The notes under the pieces are model-generated. The model was not told where the DNA came from, ran no database searches, and saw only the letters and a list, made by a program, of their open reading frames with translations. A stretch of 64,000 nt of DNA from the human T2T-CHM13v2.0 reference genome, Homo sapiens: assembly GCF_009914755.1 (NCBI RefSeq), contig NC_060929.1; one strand, given 5' to 3'. This document shows, one piece after another, positions 48,146 through 62,166 of the stretch. The position numbers and the translations under genes are program-made. Positions within the stretch are counted from its first letter, which is position 1. The number at the start of each line of letters is the position of its first letter.

Positions 48146-48970
48146 CTATCTCTAAAAAAATAAAAAGAAAAGGATCTTTTAGTTGGTGATTATGGTGCCA
48201 ACTTGGGCATTCCAGGCAGAAAGAATAGCTCAAGCAAGAGCAGGAGAGCAAATGAGGGCAGTGGAAACAGATCAGTGGCCAGGAGTGAGAAGAGAAGAGG
48301 ATGAAAACCCAGGAGAGAGCAGAGGACACTGAGTGTCCTGACTAGGGGTTAGGACTTTGTCCTATGGGCCTGGGGGAGCCAATGACAGGACTCAAAAATT
48401 TTGATTTGTGGCCGGGCACAGTGGCTCACACCTGTAAATCCCAGCGCTTTGTGAGCCTGAGGCAGGAGGGTCACTTGATCCCAGGAATTCAAGACCAGCC
48501 CGGGGAACACAACAAGGCCCCATCTCTACAAAAGTAAAAAAATTAGCCAGGCATGGTGGCCTGTGCCTATGGTCCCAGATACTCAGGAGGCTGAGGTGGG
48601 AAGATCGCTTGGGCCCAGGAGGTTAAGGCTGCAGGGAGCAGTGATCGCACCACCGCACTCCAGCTTGGGTGACAGAGAGAGAGGCGGTCTCAAAAACACA
48701 TAAAAATTTGGATTTCTTAGAAAGACCACTTGGGCACGGGTGATAGGAGGCTGTCTGGAAACAAGGCCAGTAAGGAGTCCACCTTTGAGGACCAAGCGAG
48801 TGGGGCAGAGGCCTGGCTGCTGGTGAGAAGGGAACGTGGACAGGGTAGCGGGAGGTGAGCCCAAAGCTGAAGCAAGGGGAGCACTGCAGTGGGCGCAGGG
48901 CAGGGTGGGGGAGGCAAGTGGCATCTCTGCCCAGAGAGAATACACAAGCAGAAAGTTCAACACCGCTTAC

Positions 48971-49145
48971 CTGGTGAAGCCCTACAAGCGTTTCCACTCC
49001 ATACGCGCTCTGAATAATGGGATTGTGATGTCTTACACCAATTCTCAAACTGGGCGGCCAGCTGCAGCTGAATCAACTCCAGGTGCCCGTAGTTGCGATA
49101 CCAAGAGTAGTAGCTGTTCACACGGATCACATCCACATACAGAGC
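48971..49145 (-). pseudogene. GUSBP: GUSB exon 10-like (175 bp, 2-bp deletion)
   Basis: TAG|GCTCTGTATGTGGATGTG...CACCAG|GTAAGC; [38 protein letters not shown], then a frameshift to [20 protein letters not shown]. Confidence 0.93.
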
Positions 49146-49204
49146 CTAGGACCAGAGCAGCAGAGCCCGTTCAGCAACCACAAGACCGCATGACTCAGTA
49201 CTCA

Positions 49205-49552
<348 letters not shown>

Positions 49553-49823
49553 TTAGATCCTGAAATTACCCTGCCCCACAAGCAAAAAACATGGTCACAA
49601 AGTGGCCCAAAGGAGGCAGGCCTGTGATTGCACACTGACGCTCACGACGTGTGCAGCTGGGAAGGGCTGTGAGAGGCAGAGCAGCTGCCAACACGCAGTC
49701 CTCAGCCAAAACCCAGGGCCCCCGCCACTGGAACTGACTCCTCTCCAGGCAGCACTCCCAGCACTGGGCATCCCCTCACCTTGCCCTGGAGAAGCCCTCC
49801 CACCCAAGGGGCCAATGCAGTCA

Positions 49824-50153
<330 letters not shown>

Positions 50154-50699
50154 TTAGGAGGCTAAGGCAGGAGGATCACTTGAGCTCAAGAGTTTGAGAC
50201 TGGCCTGGGCAACATAGTGAGATCCCATCTCTACAAAAACATTTAAAATTAGCCGGGCACAGTGGTGTACCCCCGGAGTCCCAGCTACTTGGAAGGCTGA
50301 GGCAAGAGGGTTGCTTAGGCCCAGGAATTCAAGGCTGCAGTGAGCTGTGATCACACCACTGCACTCCAGCCAGAGCAACAGAGTAAGACCTTGCCTTCAC
50401 ACACACACACAAAAAAACAAAAAACTCAGGTTCCAACCCTGGAGTTACTAAATCAGGATCTCAGAACGCAGAGATCTGGCATTTCAATAAAACTTCCCCT
50501 GGAGATTCTGATCAGCCAGGTTTGGGCCAGATGAACTCTAAGCTCACTTAAACCTTTGACATTTTATGAGTCTATTAAATCGAGTACAAAAAATGCTGAG
50601 TCCAAACCGGGCAAACAAATCCCATCTCCCTATGCCCAGCCTCCTTGGATTCAGAAAGCCACACTGCCTGGATAGTAAGCAGAGAGAGAATTGTCATTA

Positions 50700-50879
<180 letters not shown>

Positions 50880-50983
50880 TCAGACTGGCAGCACATGGTT
50901 CTTTCCAGCTGTTCCCATGAGCAGGCTTCAGGACAAGCCCAGGCAAAGGCAGGGAGAAATGGGGTGGGGACCCCCAGGCTCAC

Positions 50984-51068
50984 CCCCTTGTCTGCTGCGT
51001 AGGTGGAGTTGGTCCCAAAGGTCACAGGCTGGGAGGGGTCCAAGGCTTTGGTGTGAGCAATCACCATC
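50984..51068 (-). pseudogene. GUSBP: GUSB exon 9-like (85 bp)
   Basis: CAG|GATGGTGATT...AAGGGG|GTGAGC; [28 protein letters not shown]. Confidence 0.93.
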
Positions 51069-51316
51069 CTGTCCACAAAAGAGAGAAGACACAGGTTCCG
51101 TCAGTCCGGGAAAGGCTCAGACAACCTCCCATCCTCTCTGTCCCATCTTCCCCTGCCAGAACACAACTGGGGGCCAGGCACGATGGCTCACGCCTGTAAT
51201 CCCAGCACTTCAGGAGGCTGAGGCAGGCAGATCACTGAGGTCAGGGGTTCAAGAACAGCCTGGCCAACATGGCAAAACCCCATTTCTACTAAATATACAA
51301 AAATTAGCCAGGCTTA

Positions 51317-51553
<237 letters not shown>

Positions 51554-52117
51554 CTAACTTGAGATGTATTTTACATAAGGGCACGTTCCTCTAGTCCTAG
51601 ACCGAGCTCTCTAACAACACTCTTTCTCCCCCACCCCTGAATCCAACTCCCCCAGAGGCGTAGCCACCCTGCCGGGTACACAGAGCTGAGGTCACTGGAC
51701 TGAACACTGCCAGAAATGAGGTTCACTTCCTGAAATAGCTCTTGAACACAGGAGTGAATGGGCTGTGGATTCAGGTGGAATATTTATTAATGCATCAAGC
51801 AAACAGGTAGTGCGAGGTGGGAGGTAGGCATGAGGCTGGGTGCTAGGTGCTCAGTAATGACTCAAATCTAAGTCCACAGGTCCTGGGCAGTGGGAGTGGA
51901 GATGCATGCACAGAAAAACGGTGCAAGTGCCAGGCGAGGTGGCTCAAGCCTAGAACCCCAGCACTTTGGGAGGCTTACTTGAGACCAGGCGCTTGAGACC
52001 AGCCTGGACAACATAGCAAGACCTTGTTTCTACAACAAATTTAAAAATTAGGGCCGGGCATGGTGGCTCAAGCCTGTGAGCACTTTGGGAGGCCAAGGCA
52101 GGTGGATCACGAGCTCA

Positions 52118-52643
<526 letters not shown>

Positions 52644-52946
52644 TCAAGTTAACCAGGAGGGATGAAGGGAAGAGGCTCCCAACAGAGGGACCAGTCCGTG
52701 CTCAGAGCTCCCAGCATCTGCCCAAGGCCTCCACAGAACAGACTGTTGTGTTTTTGTTTTGTTTTGTTTTGTTGAGATACAGAGTCTCATTCTGTAGCCC
52801 AGGCTGGAATGCAGTGGCATTATCTCAGCTCATTGCAATCTCTGCCTCCTGGTTCACCTGAGGCGATTCTCCTGCCTCAGCCTACCTGGTAGCTGGGATT
52901 ACAGACGTCCACCACCATGCCCAGCTAATTTTTGTATTTTTAGTAG

Positions 52947-53183
<237 letters not shown>

Positions 53184-53603
53184 TAGCCTCAAGTTCCAAA
53201 CCCACACTCTCCAATAGCCAGGCTCTCAGATGGGAAGCTTCAAAGCCTTGTGACAGCCTGGCTGAACCTCTCCAGCCTGGGCCCTCCCTCCATTTCCTGC
53301 CCCGGAAACAGGCATCTCCTCTGGCCACCTCCCAAAGCCTGTCTGGAAGCCTCAGGCACCCGCTCCTGGAAGCCTGTACGATTCACAACAAACGGCCTGT
53401 CCACCCAGTCGTGCTGAGCACACCCCTATTCCCCCGAGCTCTGAATTGTCCTTTGCCCAGGCTAGGACAACATCTCAGAGCCTTCTGCCTGCTGCAGACT
53501 CGGCTCAGCCCAAATCACTCCATGAAATTGGGGTGTGGCATCTGCCTCAAGGAGCATTTCTACAACCTCTGCTGCCTCTACCGCAAATGAAACTGGCTCT
53601 CAC

Positions 53604-53695
53604 CCACTGGCTCTCGGTGACGGGCACAGTGCGGAGCCCCACAGGGAGTGTGTAGAAGTCAAAGGCCCCAGTGACTTCTGTGCAGTCAGCCGCAC
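53604..53695 (-). pseudogene. GUSBP: Truncated GUSB exon 6-like remnant (92 bp if the new donor is used)
   Basis: TAG|GTGCGGCTGACTGCACAG (VRLTAQKSLGP), ~4-bp deletion, then DFYTLPVGLRTVPVTESQ in another frame; homology stops near 53606; candidate donor TGG|GTGAGA. Confidence 0.8.
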
Positions 53696-53992
53696 CTACG
53701 ACAGCCAAAGCGCCAGGTGTGAGCGCCCCGACAGCCTGAGCCCCATCTGGCCTGCCCTACAGCAGGAAGACCCCTCGTGCATGCACCCCAGAAGTCGCCA
53801 CTGGGCCTGCAGAGAAGCAGCAATCAGAGGCTCTGCCCTTCACTGGCTGACCCTGGGACCTGCCCTTCAAAATCAGGCCTTCTCCTTGACCAGACGAGGT
53901 GGCTCATGCCTGGAATCCCTACACTTTGGGAGGCTAAGGCAGGAGGATCACCTGAGTCCAGGAGTTCAAGACCAGCCTGGGCAACCTAGTAA

Positions 53993-54238
<246 letters not shown>

Positions 54239-54479
54239 TAAAGTGATCCGCCCGCGTCAGCCTCCCGAAGTGCTGGGATTACAGGTGTGAGCCACCATGC
54301 CCGGCCTACAAAAAAAATTTTTTTAATTAGCCAGGCATGGTGGCATGTGCCTGTAGTCCCAGCTACTCAGGAGGCCAAGGTAGGAGGATTGCAGCTCAAA
54401 GCTGCAGTGAGCTGTGATCAGGCCATTGCATTCCAGCCTGGGTGACAGAGTGAGACCATCACAAAAACAAACAAACAAA

Positions 54480-54518
<39 letters not shown>

Positions 54519-54670
54519 AAAATCTGGGCCTCCCACCAAGGGTGGGAAACATCAGAAAGCTCAGAGGACCACACCTGCCCGTTCACCGACTGTCCTGGGC
54601 TCCTGCTGAAGCCAGGGCTACCAGATGGGGGCAAAAGACCTCCCTTACGCAAGTCCCAAACCACCATTAC

Positions 54671-54858
54671 CTCCCACGAGTACAGGTAGGCGGGGTGTTC
54701 GTGCATCAGGTACGGCCACCAGAGGTTGGCACCCAGCACCTTCAGCTGGCCCTGGGTCCCAGCCTGGTTGTCCACGACTTTGTTTTCTGCATTCAAAAGA
54801 CACACTTCCAACTTGAACTGGTTACTGCACTTGACGGAGATCTGGTAATTCACCAGCC
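54671..54858 (-). pseudogene. GUSBP: GUSB exon 5-like (188 bp)
   Basis: CAG|GGCTGGTGAAT...TGGGAG|GTAATG; [63 protein letters not shown]. Confidence 0.93.
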
Positions 54859-55304
54859 CTGCAGGAGGCAAGAGAGACCAGGGCTTAGGGAGGGACATGA
54901 CCTGGGTCACACAAACGGGAAGGCCCCACAATGACCACTCCCAGGCACTCTCATTTGCTTCTGTTGCTTTTTTTTTTTTTTTTTGAGATAGAATCTCGCT
55001 CTGTCACCCAGGCTGGAGTGCAGTGGCATGATCTGGACTCACTGAAACCTCTGCCTCCCAGGTTCAAGTGATTCTCCTGCCTCAGCCTCTGGAATAGCTG
55101 GGATTACAGGCACCTGCCACCACATCCAGCTAATTTTTGTATTGTTAGTAGAGACGGGGTTTCACCACATTAGCCAGGATGGTCTTGATCTCCTGACCTC
55201 GTGATCCGCCTGCCTCGGCCTCCCAAAGTGCTGGGATTACAGGCTTGAGCCACCGTGCCCGGCCCTGAACCAATGCGCCCAGCCCGCTTTTAATTTAATT
55301 TTTT

Positions 55305-55348
<44 letters not shown>

Positions 55349-56109
55349 AGATGGAGTCTCACTGTCACCCAGGCTGGAGTGTAGTGCTGCGATCCTGACT
55401 CGCTGCAACCTCCACCTCTGGAGTTCAGGTGATTCTCCTGCCTCAGCCTTCCGAGTACCTGGGAATACAGGAATGCACCACCATGCCCGGCGAATTTTTC
55501 TATTTTCAGTAGAGACGGAGTTTTGCCATGTTGGCCAGGCTGGTCTCGAACTCCTGAACTCAGGTGATCCACCCGCCTCAGTCTCCCAATAGATTACATA
55601 TATTATTAATGAATTGTTTCCTTTAACACCCTATTCATTGAATTTTCCAGTAAACCACAATTACTAATTACTCCTGAAATCAGAAAAGAGGTTAAAAAGA
55701 TTTTATAACAGTATCCTATGAAATCTACTACTTTCAAGTAATAGTAGTTGAATTACCAAAACCCGTCACTCAAGCCAATGACTACAATTAAGATATGAGT
55801 AACATTTCCTAGATAAATAAAGTCAATTAATTATATTTGCATCTGGGAAATAGAGAAAGTACATATAAGCCATGATTTTGAAGTCAAAAGAGAGAGAATA
55901 TTTGCCAAGGAGGGGTGAGTTATAGTATGTAATTATAACATACAGAAGTTTTTTGTATGCTGGTAACTAATTTTAATTTCCTACATTTTTATGTAGATTT
56001 CTGCTATTCTTGTCCTATTTTCCTAATCATCTTTCTATATGAATGACTACATAATTCTGAGAATACCAAAAGAGACAGACACAGAACCAATCGGATTCCT
56101 TTCTTCTTG

Positions 56110-56427
56110 AAGCTTCTGCACAGCAAAAGAAACTATCAACAGAGTGAACAGACAACCTACAGAATGGGAGAAAATTTTTGCAACAATGCATGTGACAAAG
56201 ATCTAATGTCCAACACTGATAAGGAACTTAAACAAATTTACAAGAAAAAAAAAATCTCATTAGAAAGTGGGCACAGGACATAAACAGACACTTCAAAAGA
56301 AGACACACATGCGGCCAACAAGCATATGAGAAAAAGCTCAATATCACTGATCATTAGAGAAATGCAAATCAAAACCACAATGGCATACCATCTCACACCA
56401 GTCAGTATGGTTATTATTAAGAAGTCA
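56110..56427 (+). mobile_element. L1 ORF2 fragment
   Basis: aagcttctgcacagcaaaagaaactatcaacagagtgaacagacaacctacagaatgggag. Confidence 0.85.
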
Positions 56428-56428
56428 A

Positions 56429-56731
56429 CGCCGGGCATGGTGGCTCACGCCTATAATCCCAGCACTTCAGGAGGCCAAGGCAGGCAGATCGCATGAGGTC
56501 AGGAGTTCCAGACCAGCCTGGACAACCTGGCGAAACCCCGTCTCTACTAAAAATACAAAAATTAGCCCAGCGTGGTGGCGGGTGCCTGTAATCCCAGCTA
56601 CTCAGGATGCTGAGGCAGGAGAATCGCCTGAACCCGGGAGGCAGAGGTTGTAGTGAGCCGAGATCATACCACTGCACTCTCCAGCTTAGGTGACAGAGCG
56701 AGACTCTGTCTCAAAAAAAAAAAAAAAAAAA
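56429..56731 (+). mobile_element. AluS
   Basis: Full Alu dimer with poly-A. Confidence 0.9.
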
Positions 56732-56939
56732 ATATTTGAATTTTGTTTAAATCGCTAACACATACTGGGCATTTAATAACAAAAAAAAAGGACATGAGAT
56801 TGTGATCCTTATGAAGGTTTGAGAGGCATTTCACTAGGGTTCAACATACAGCAGTCTGAAACATACTGTAATAATTTAATCCAATGGCTCATCTACAGCA
56901 CCTAAAAAGATTACAGCAGATTCTCATTATTCAGTGTAG

Positions 56940-57824
<885 letters not shown>

Positions 57825-57989
57825 ATTTTCGTAGACAATCTAATCTCAGAAGATTTCAGTTCAGACAAAAATCATGATAATTACTGTATTACAAAAGGGC
57901 ACTAGATAGGGGGGAAAGAGTAAAAATCACAATTAAAACAAAGGTTCAAAATTCTGCAGCAACCATATCCAGTCACACTTTAATATGTT

Positions 57990-58413
57990 TGCGGCAGACT
58001 ACATTATTGTTCCCAACTCATCACCCCTCCCTATATCTAAAACCTTTCCCCAAGACAATGCAGTTCCTCCTGCTAGAGATCAGGTATATTTATCTATACT
58101 ATCAATGTTAGCCATGGACAAGGTATGTGCTTTGGCTGACTGAATGTTAGTGGACATGAGAGAAGCAATGGCTTAAAATGTACTTCCAGAACTGGAGTTT
58201 CCTTGTGATTCTATCACTGTGACAGAAACACATTCTCAGGTAGTCCACTGATCCAAGGGGGAACAAACACACAGAAAACATACCTAGACTCTATCTGCAG
58301 CTTGCAGCCTCACCAAGCCAACAACAGTCAACTCACAGATATGTTAGCAAAAATAAATGTTTTTCGTACCTTAAGTTTTATATAATTATTGACCTGCAGT
58401 TAACTGATATACA
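57990..58413 (+). mobile_element. Old MLT1-family LTR
   Basis: gcagactacattattgttcccaactcatcacccctccct...aataaatgttttt...gcagttaactgatataca. Confidence 0.5.
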
Positions 58414-58950
58414 ATATACATTAATCTTAAAATATCAGTATCCCATTAAAAATATTTACATTAAAAACTGAGACCACTTTCTTTCCTCCTTTTTTTTTTT
58501 TTTTTTTTTTAAATTAAGAGACAGGGTGTCTCAATGTTGCCCAAGCTGGAGTTCAGTGGCTAGTGGCTATTCACAAGAACGATCATCGCACACTACCTCA
58601 AACTCCTGGGATCAAGCAATCCTCCTGCCTCAGCTTTCCAAGTCGCTGGGACTATAAGTGTGTACCACAGCATGTCAGCTCTCTCTCTCCTTCTTGACCT
58701 AAAGCCTAGCATAAAATTAGCTAAGTAGAATGTTTCCAAAGATGGCTGCATCAGTATCTCCCATCCCACATAATTTCTGTTTGATTTTGCCATTCACCCA
58801 TAAAATGGTGGGATCTACCTCCCCTCCTTGCAAATTTGAGCTGGCCCTCTGATCCTGTCTAAGATCTGAAGCCAGATATTAAGGTACTTCATTAATTTCC
58901 ATGTTTGTCCTCTATGCAACCTAGCAATCAAGCAAGAAGTCAAAACATAC

Positions 58951-61074
58951 TGACATAGTTTGGATGGGTCCCCACCCAAATCTCACCTTGCATTGTAATA
59001 ATTCCCACGTGTCAAGGGTGGGGCCGGGTGCAGATAACTGAATCATGGGGATGGTTCCCCCCATACTGTTCTCGCGGTAGTGACTAAGTCTCATGAGATC
59101 TGATGGTTTTATAAATGGGAGCTCCCCTGCACATGCTCTCTCCTGCCTGCCACTATGTGAGACATGCTTTTGCACCTCCTTGCCTTCCACCATGATTGTG
59201 AGGCCTCCCCAGCCATGCAGAACTGTGAGTCAATTCAACCTCTTTCCTTTATAAATTACCCAGTCTCAGGTATGTCTTTATTTGCAGTGTGAGAACAGAC
59301 TAATACAATAAGTTGATACCAGTAGAGTGGGGTGCTGCTGTAAAGATACCCGAAAATGTGGAAGCAACTTTGGAAATGGGTAACAGGGAGAGGCTGGAAC
59401 AGTTTGGAAGGCTCAGAAGAGGATAGGAAAATGTGGGAAAGTTTGGAACTTCCTAGAGACTTGTTGAATGGCTTTGACCAAAATGTTAATAGTGATATGG
59501 ACAACAAGGTCCAGGCGGAGGTGGTCTCAGAGGCAGATGAGGAATTTGTTGGGAAATGGAGTAAAGTCACTCTTACTATGCAAAGACACTGCAGGCATTG
59601 TGCACCTGTATTAGAAACGGGCATAAGATAGGCGGGAAAGAGGGAAAATAAGAATTTTTTTCTAGAGTTCCCTACAGATCTGTGGAACTTTGAACTTGAG
59701 AGAGATGATTTAAGGTATCTGACACAAGAAATTTCTAAGCAGCAAAGCATTCGAGAAGAAGCAGAGCATAAAAGTTCAGAAAATTTGTAGCCTGATGATG
59801 CAACAGAAAAGAAAAATCTATTTTCTCAGGAGACTGGGTTGTAGAAATTTGCATAAGTAATGAGGAGCCAAATGTTAATCACCAAGACAATGGGGCAAAT
59901 GTCTCCAGGGCATGTTAGAGACCCTCACAGCAGACCCTCCCATCACAGGCCAGGAGGCTTAGAAGGAAAAATGGTTTTGTGGGTCCAGAACCCCCTGCTG
60001 TGTGCAGCCTAGGAACTTGGGGCCCTGCATCCCAGCTGCTCCTGCCATAGGTAAAAGGGGCCAAGGTACACCTCAGGCCATGGCTTCAGAGGGTGCAAGT
60101 TCCAAGCCTTTCAGGTTCTAGGTGGTGTTAAGCCTGCAGATGCACCGAAGTCAAGAATTAACGTTCATGAACCTCTGCCTACATTTCAGAAGATGTATGA
60201 AAACGCCTGGAAATCCAGGCAAAAGTTTGCTGTGGGGGGGAGGGGAGGGGAGGGGGGGCCCTCATGGATAACCTCTGCTAGGGCAGTGTCAAAGGGAAAT
60301 ATGGGGTTGGAGCTCCCACACAGAGTCCCCACTGGGGTACTGCCAAGCAGAGCTGTGAGAAAAGGGCCACCATCCTCCAGACCCCAGAATGGTAGATCCA
60401 CTGACAGCTTGCACTGTGTGCCTGGAAAAGCTGCAGACACTCAATGCAGCCAGAAGGGGGGCTGTACCCTGCAAAGCCACAGGGGCGGGGCTGCCCAAGA
60501 CCCTGGGAACCCACTTCTTGCATCACCTAGATGTGACACATGGAGTCAAAGGAGGTCATTTTGGAGCTTTAAGATTTGCCTGCTGGGTTTTGGACTTGCA
60601 TGGGGCCTGTAGCTCTTTCGCTTTGGCCAATTTCTCCCATTTGAAACGAGTGTATTTACCCAATGCCTGTATCCCTGTGTATCTAGAAAATAACTAACTT
60701 GCTTTTGATTTTACAGGCTCATAGGTGGAAGGGACTTGCCTTGTCTCAGATGAGACTTTGGACTATGGAATTTTGAGTTAATGCTGAAATAAGAGTTTGG
60801 GGGACTTAGGGGAAGGCATGATTGCTTTTGAAATATGAGGACATGAGATTTGGGAGGGGCCGGGGAAGAATTATATGGTTTGGCTCTGTCCGCACCCAAA
60901 TCTCATCTTGAATTGTAACAATTCCCATGTGTCAAGGGTGGGGCCAGGTGGAGATAACTGAATCATGGAGGCAGTTTCCCCCATGCTGTTCTCATGGTAG
61001 TGAATAAGTCTCATGAGGTCTGATGGTTTTATAAATGGATGTTCCCCTGCACATGCTCTCTCCTGCCCACCATG
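58951..61074 (+). mobile_element. THE1 MaLR element: 5' LTR 58951-59307, internal region, 3' LTR 60871-61074 truncated
   Basis: Two similar LTR starts (ccacccaaatctca.cttg.attgtaa..gtcaagggtggggcc.ggtg.agataactgaatcatgg); THE1-int motifs between. Confidence 0.9.
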
Positions 61075-61320
61075 TCTGACTAAATTTTGTATTTTTACTA
61101 GAGACGGGCTTTCACTATGTTGGCCAGGCTGGCCTCCAACTCCTGATCTCGTGATCCGTCCACCCCGACCTCCCAAAGTGCTAGGATCATAGGCATAAGC
61201 CACCACACCCGGCCTCTTTTTTTTCTTTTTCTTTTTTTTATCTGGAGACTGAGTTTTGCACTCGTTGCCCAGGCTGGAGTGCAATGGTGCGATCTCAGCT
61301 CACTGCAGTCTCCACCTCAG
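61066..61320 (-). mobile_element. Two partial Alus (left arm 61066-61214; right-arm 3' part 61217-61320)
   Basis: Antisense Alu motifs; both are cut mid-element. Confidence 0.85.
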
Positions 61321-62166
61321 CAGGAGAGCAGGAATCTTCAGTGATCCACGGGCAAATATGCAGCCATTGTGGGCACCTGTTCCTCCCGCGACCTTTGTGC
61401 CCACGTCTCTCCCTCCAGTACCTACTGCACGACCCCCCACGTCCGCCTCCTGCCATTGCCAGCAGGTGCCTTGCGCGGGTACCTGGCTGCGCTTATTCAT
61501 CCATTATGGTCGCTCTGTCACTGGTGCCATTATGTGCTCACATGCCCACTCCCTCAGGTTTAGAAGTCGCGTTGCCCGGCAACAGAACAATCTGCTGGCT
61601 TAGCCTTTGGCCAAGTTGGCAGCTGGACGAGGACGCTCAGAGCCCAGCTCTTGAGAGTTCAAGTATCCGACAGTTCCCCACTGCTCCCAGGAGCGGTTAC
61701 CCGGGCACTCTGTGCCCCTCATTCCTGTTTGGGCCAAGGCCGAGGACCTGCGAGTAGGGCTCAGTTGCCTGGAGCCCCTTCAGCCCATCCCCCAGTTCAC
61801 TTTGCTTGTGGGATCTCCCCGTTGCTCCTGCCCCTGGACTGAGTGGCAGGCCATCCTACAAACACCCGCACACTCGACATCAGTGGTGTCAAGACAACTC
61901 TAAGAAGGTTTTCCGTGATCCTGCAAGACCTGTGTTCCATCCTGGTGATTCTGTCTTCAATTTCACTGCACAGGTACCACAGTAAGCCAGTGCTGTGTGC
62001 TCCGAGTTCCAGGGCATCCCCCAGCTCAGCCACTACACTGAGCACAAGGACTCTGTGGGGCCCAGGAGCAGGTAGTCACCCCTTTGGGGTCCACAACACC
62101 CGGCTGTCCCCAGACTTGTGTCCAGGGAAGATAGTGTTGAGGGCCCTCAAGGAGAGCGGGGCAGGG

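Noticed and set aside
54323-54931. 202-aa ORF with GUSB similarity
   Set aside because: Exon 5 read through into intron, (TTTA)n and Alu sequence
59204-59216. PRDM9 hotspot motif in the THE1 LTR
   Set aside because: Reads CCTCCCCAGCCAT, lacking the T at position 7 and the final C of CCNCCNTNNCCNC
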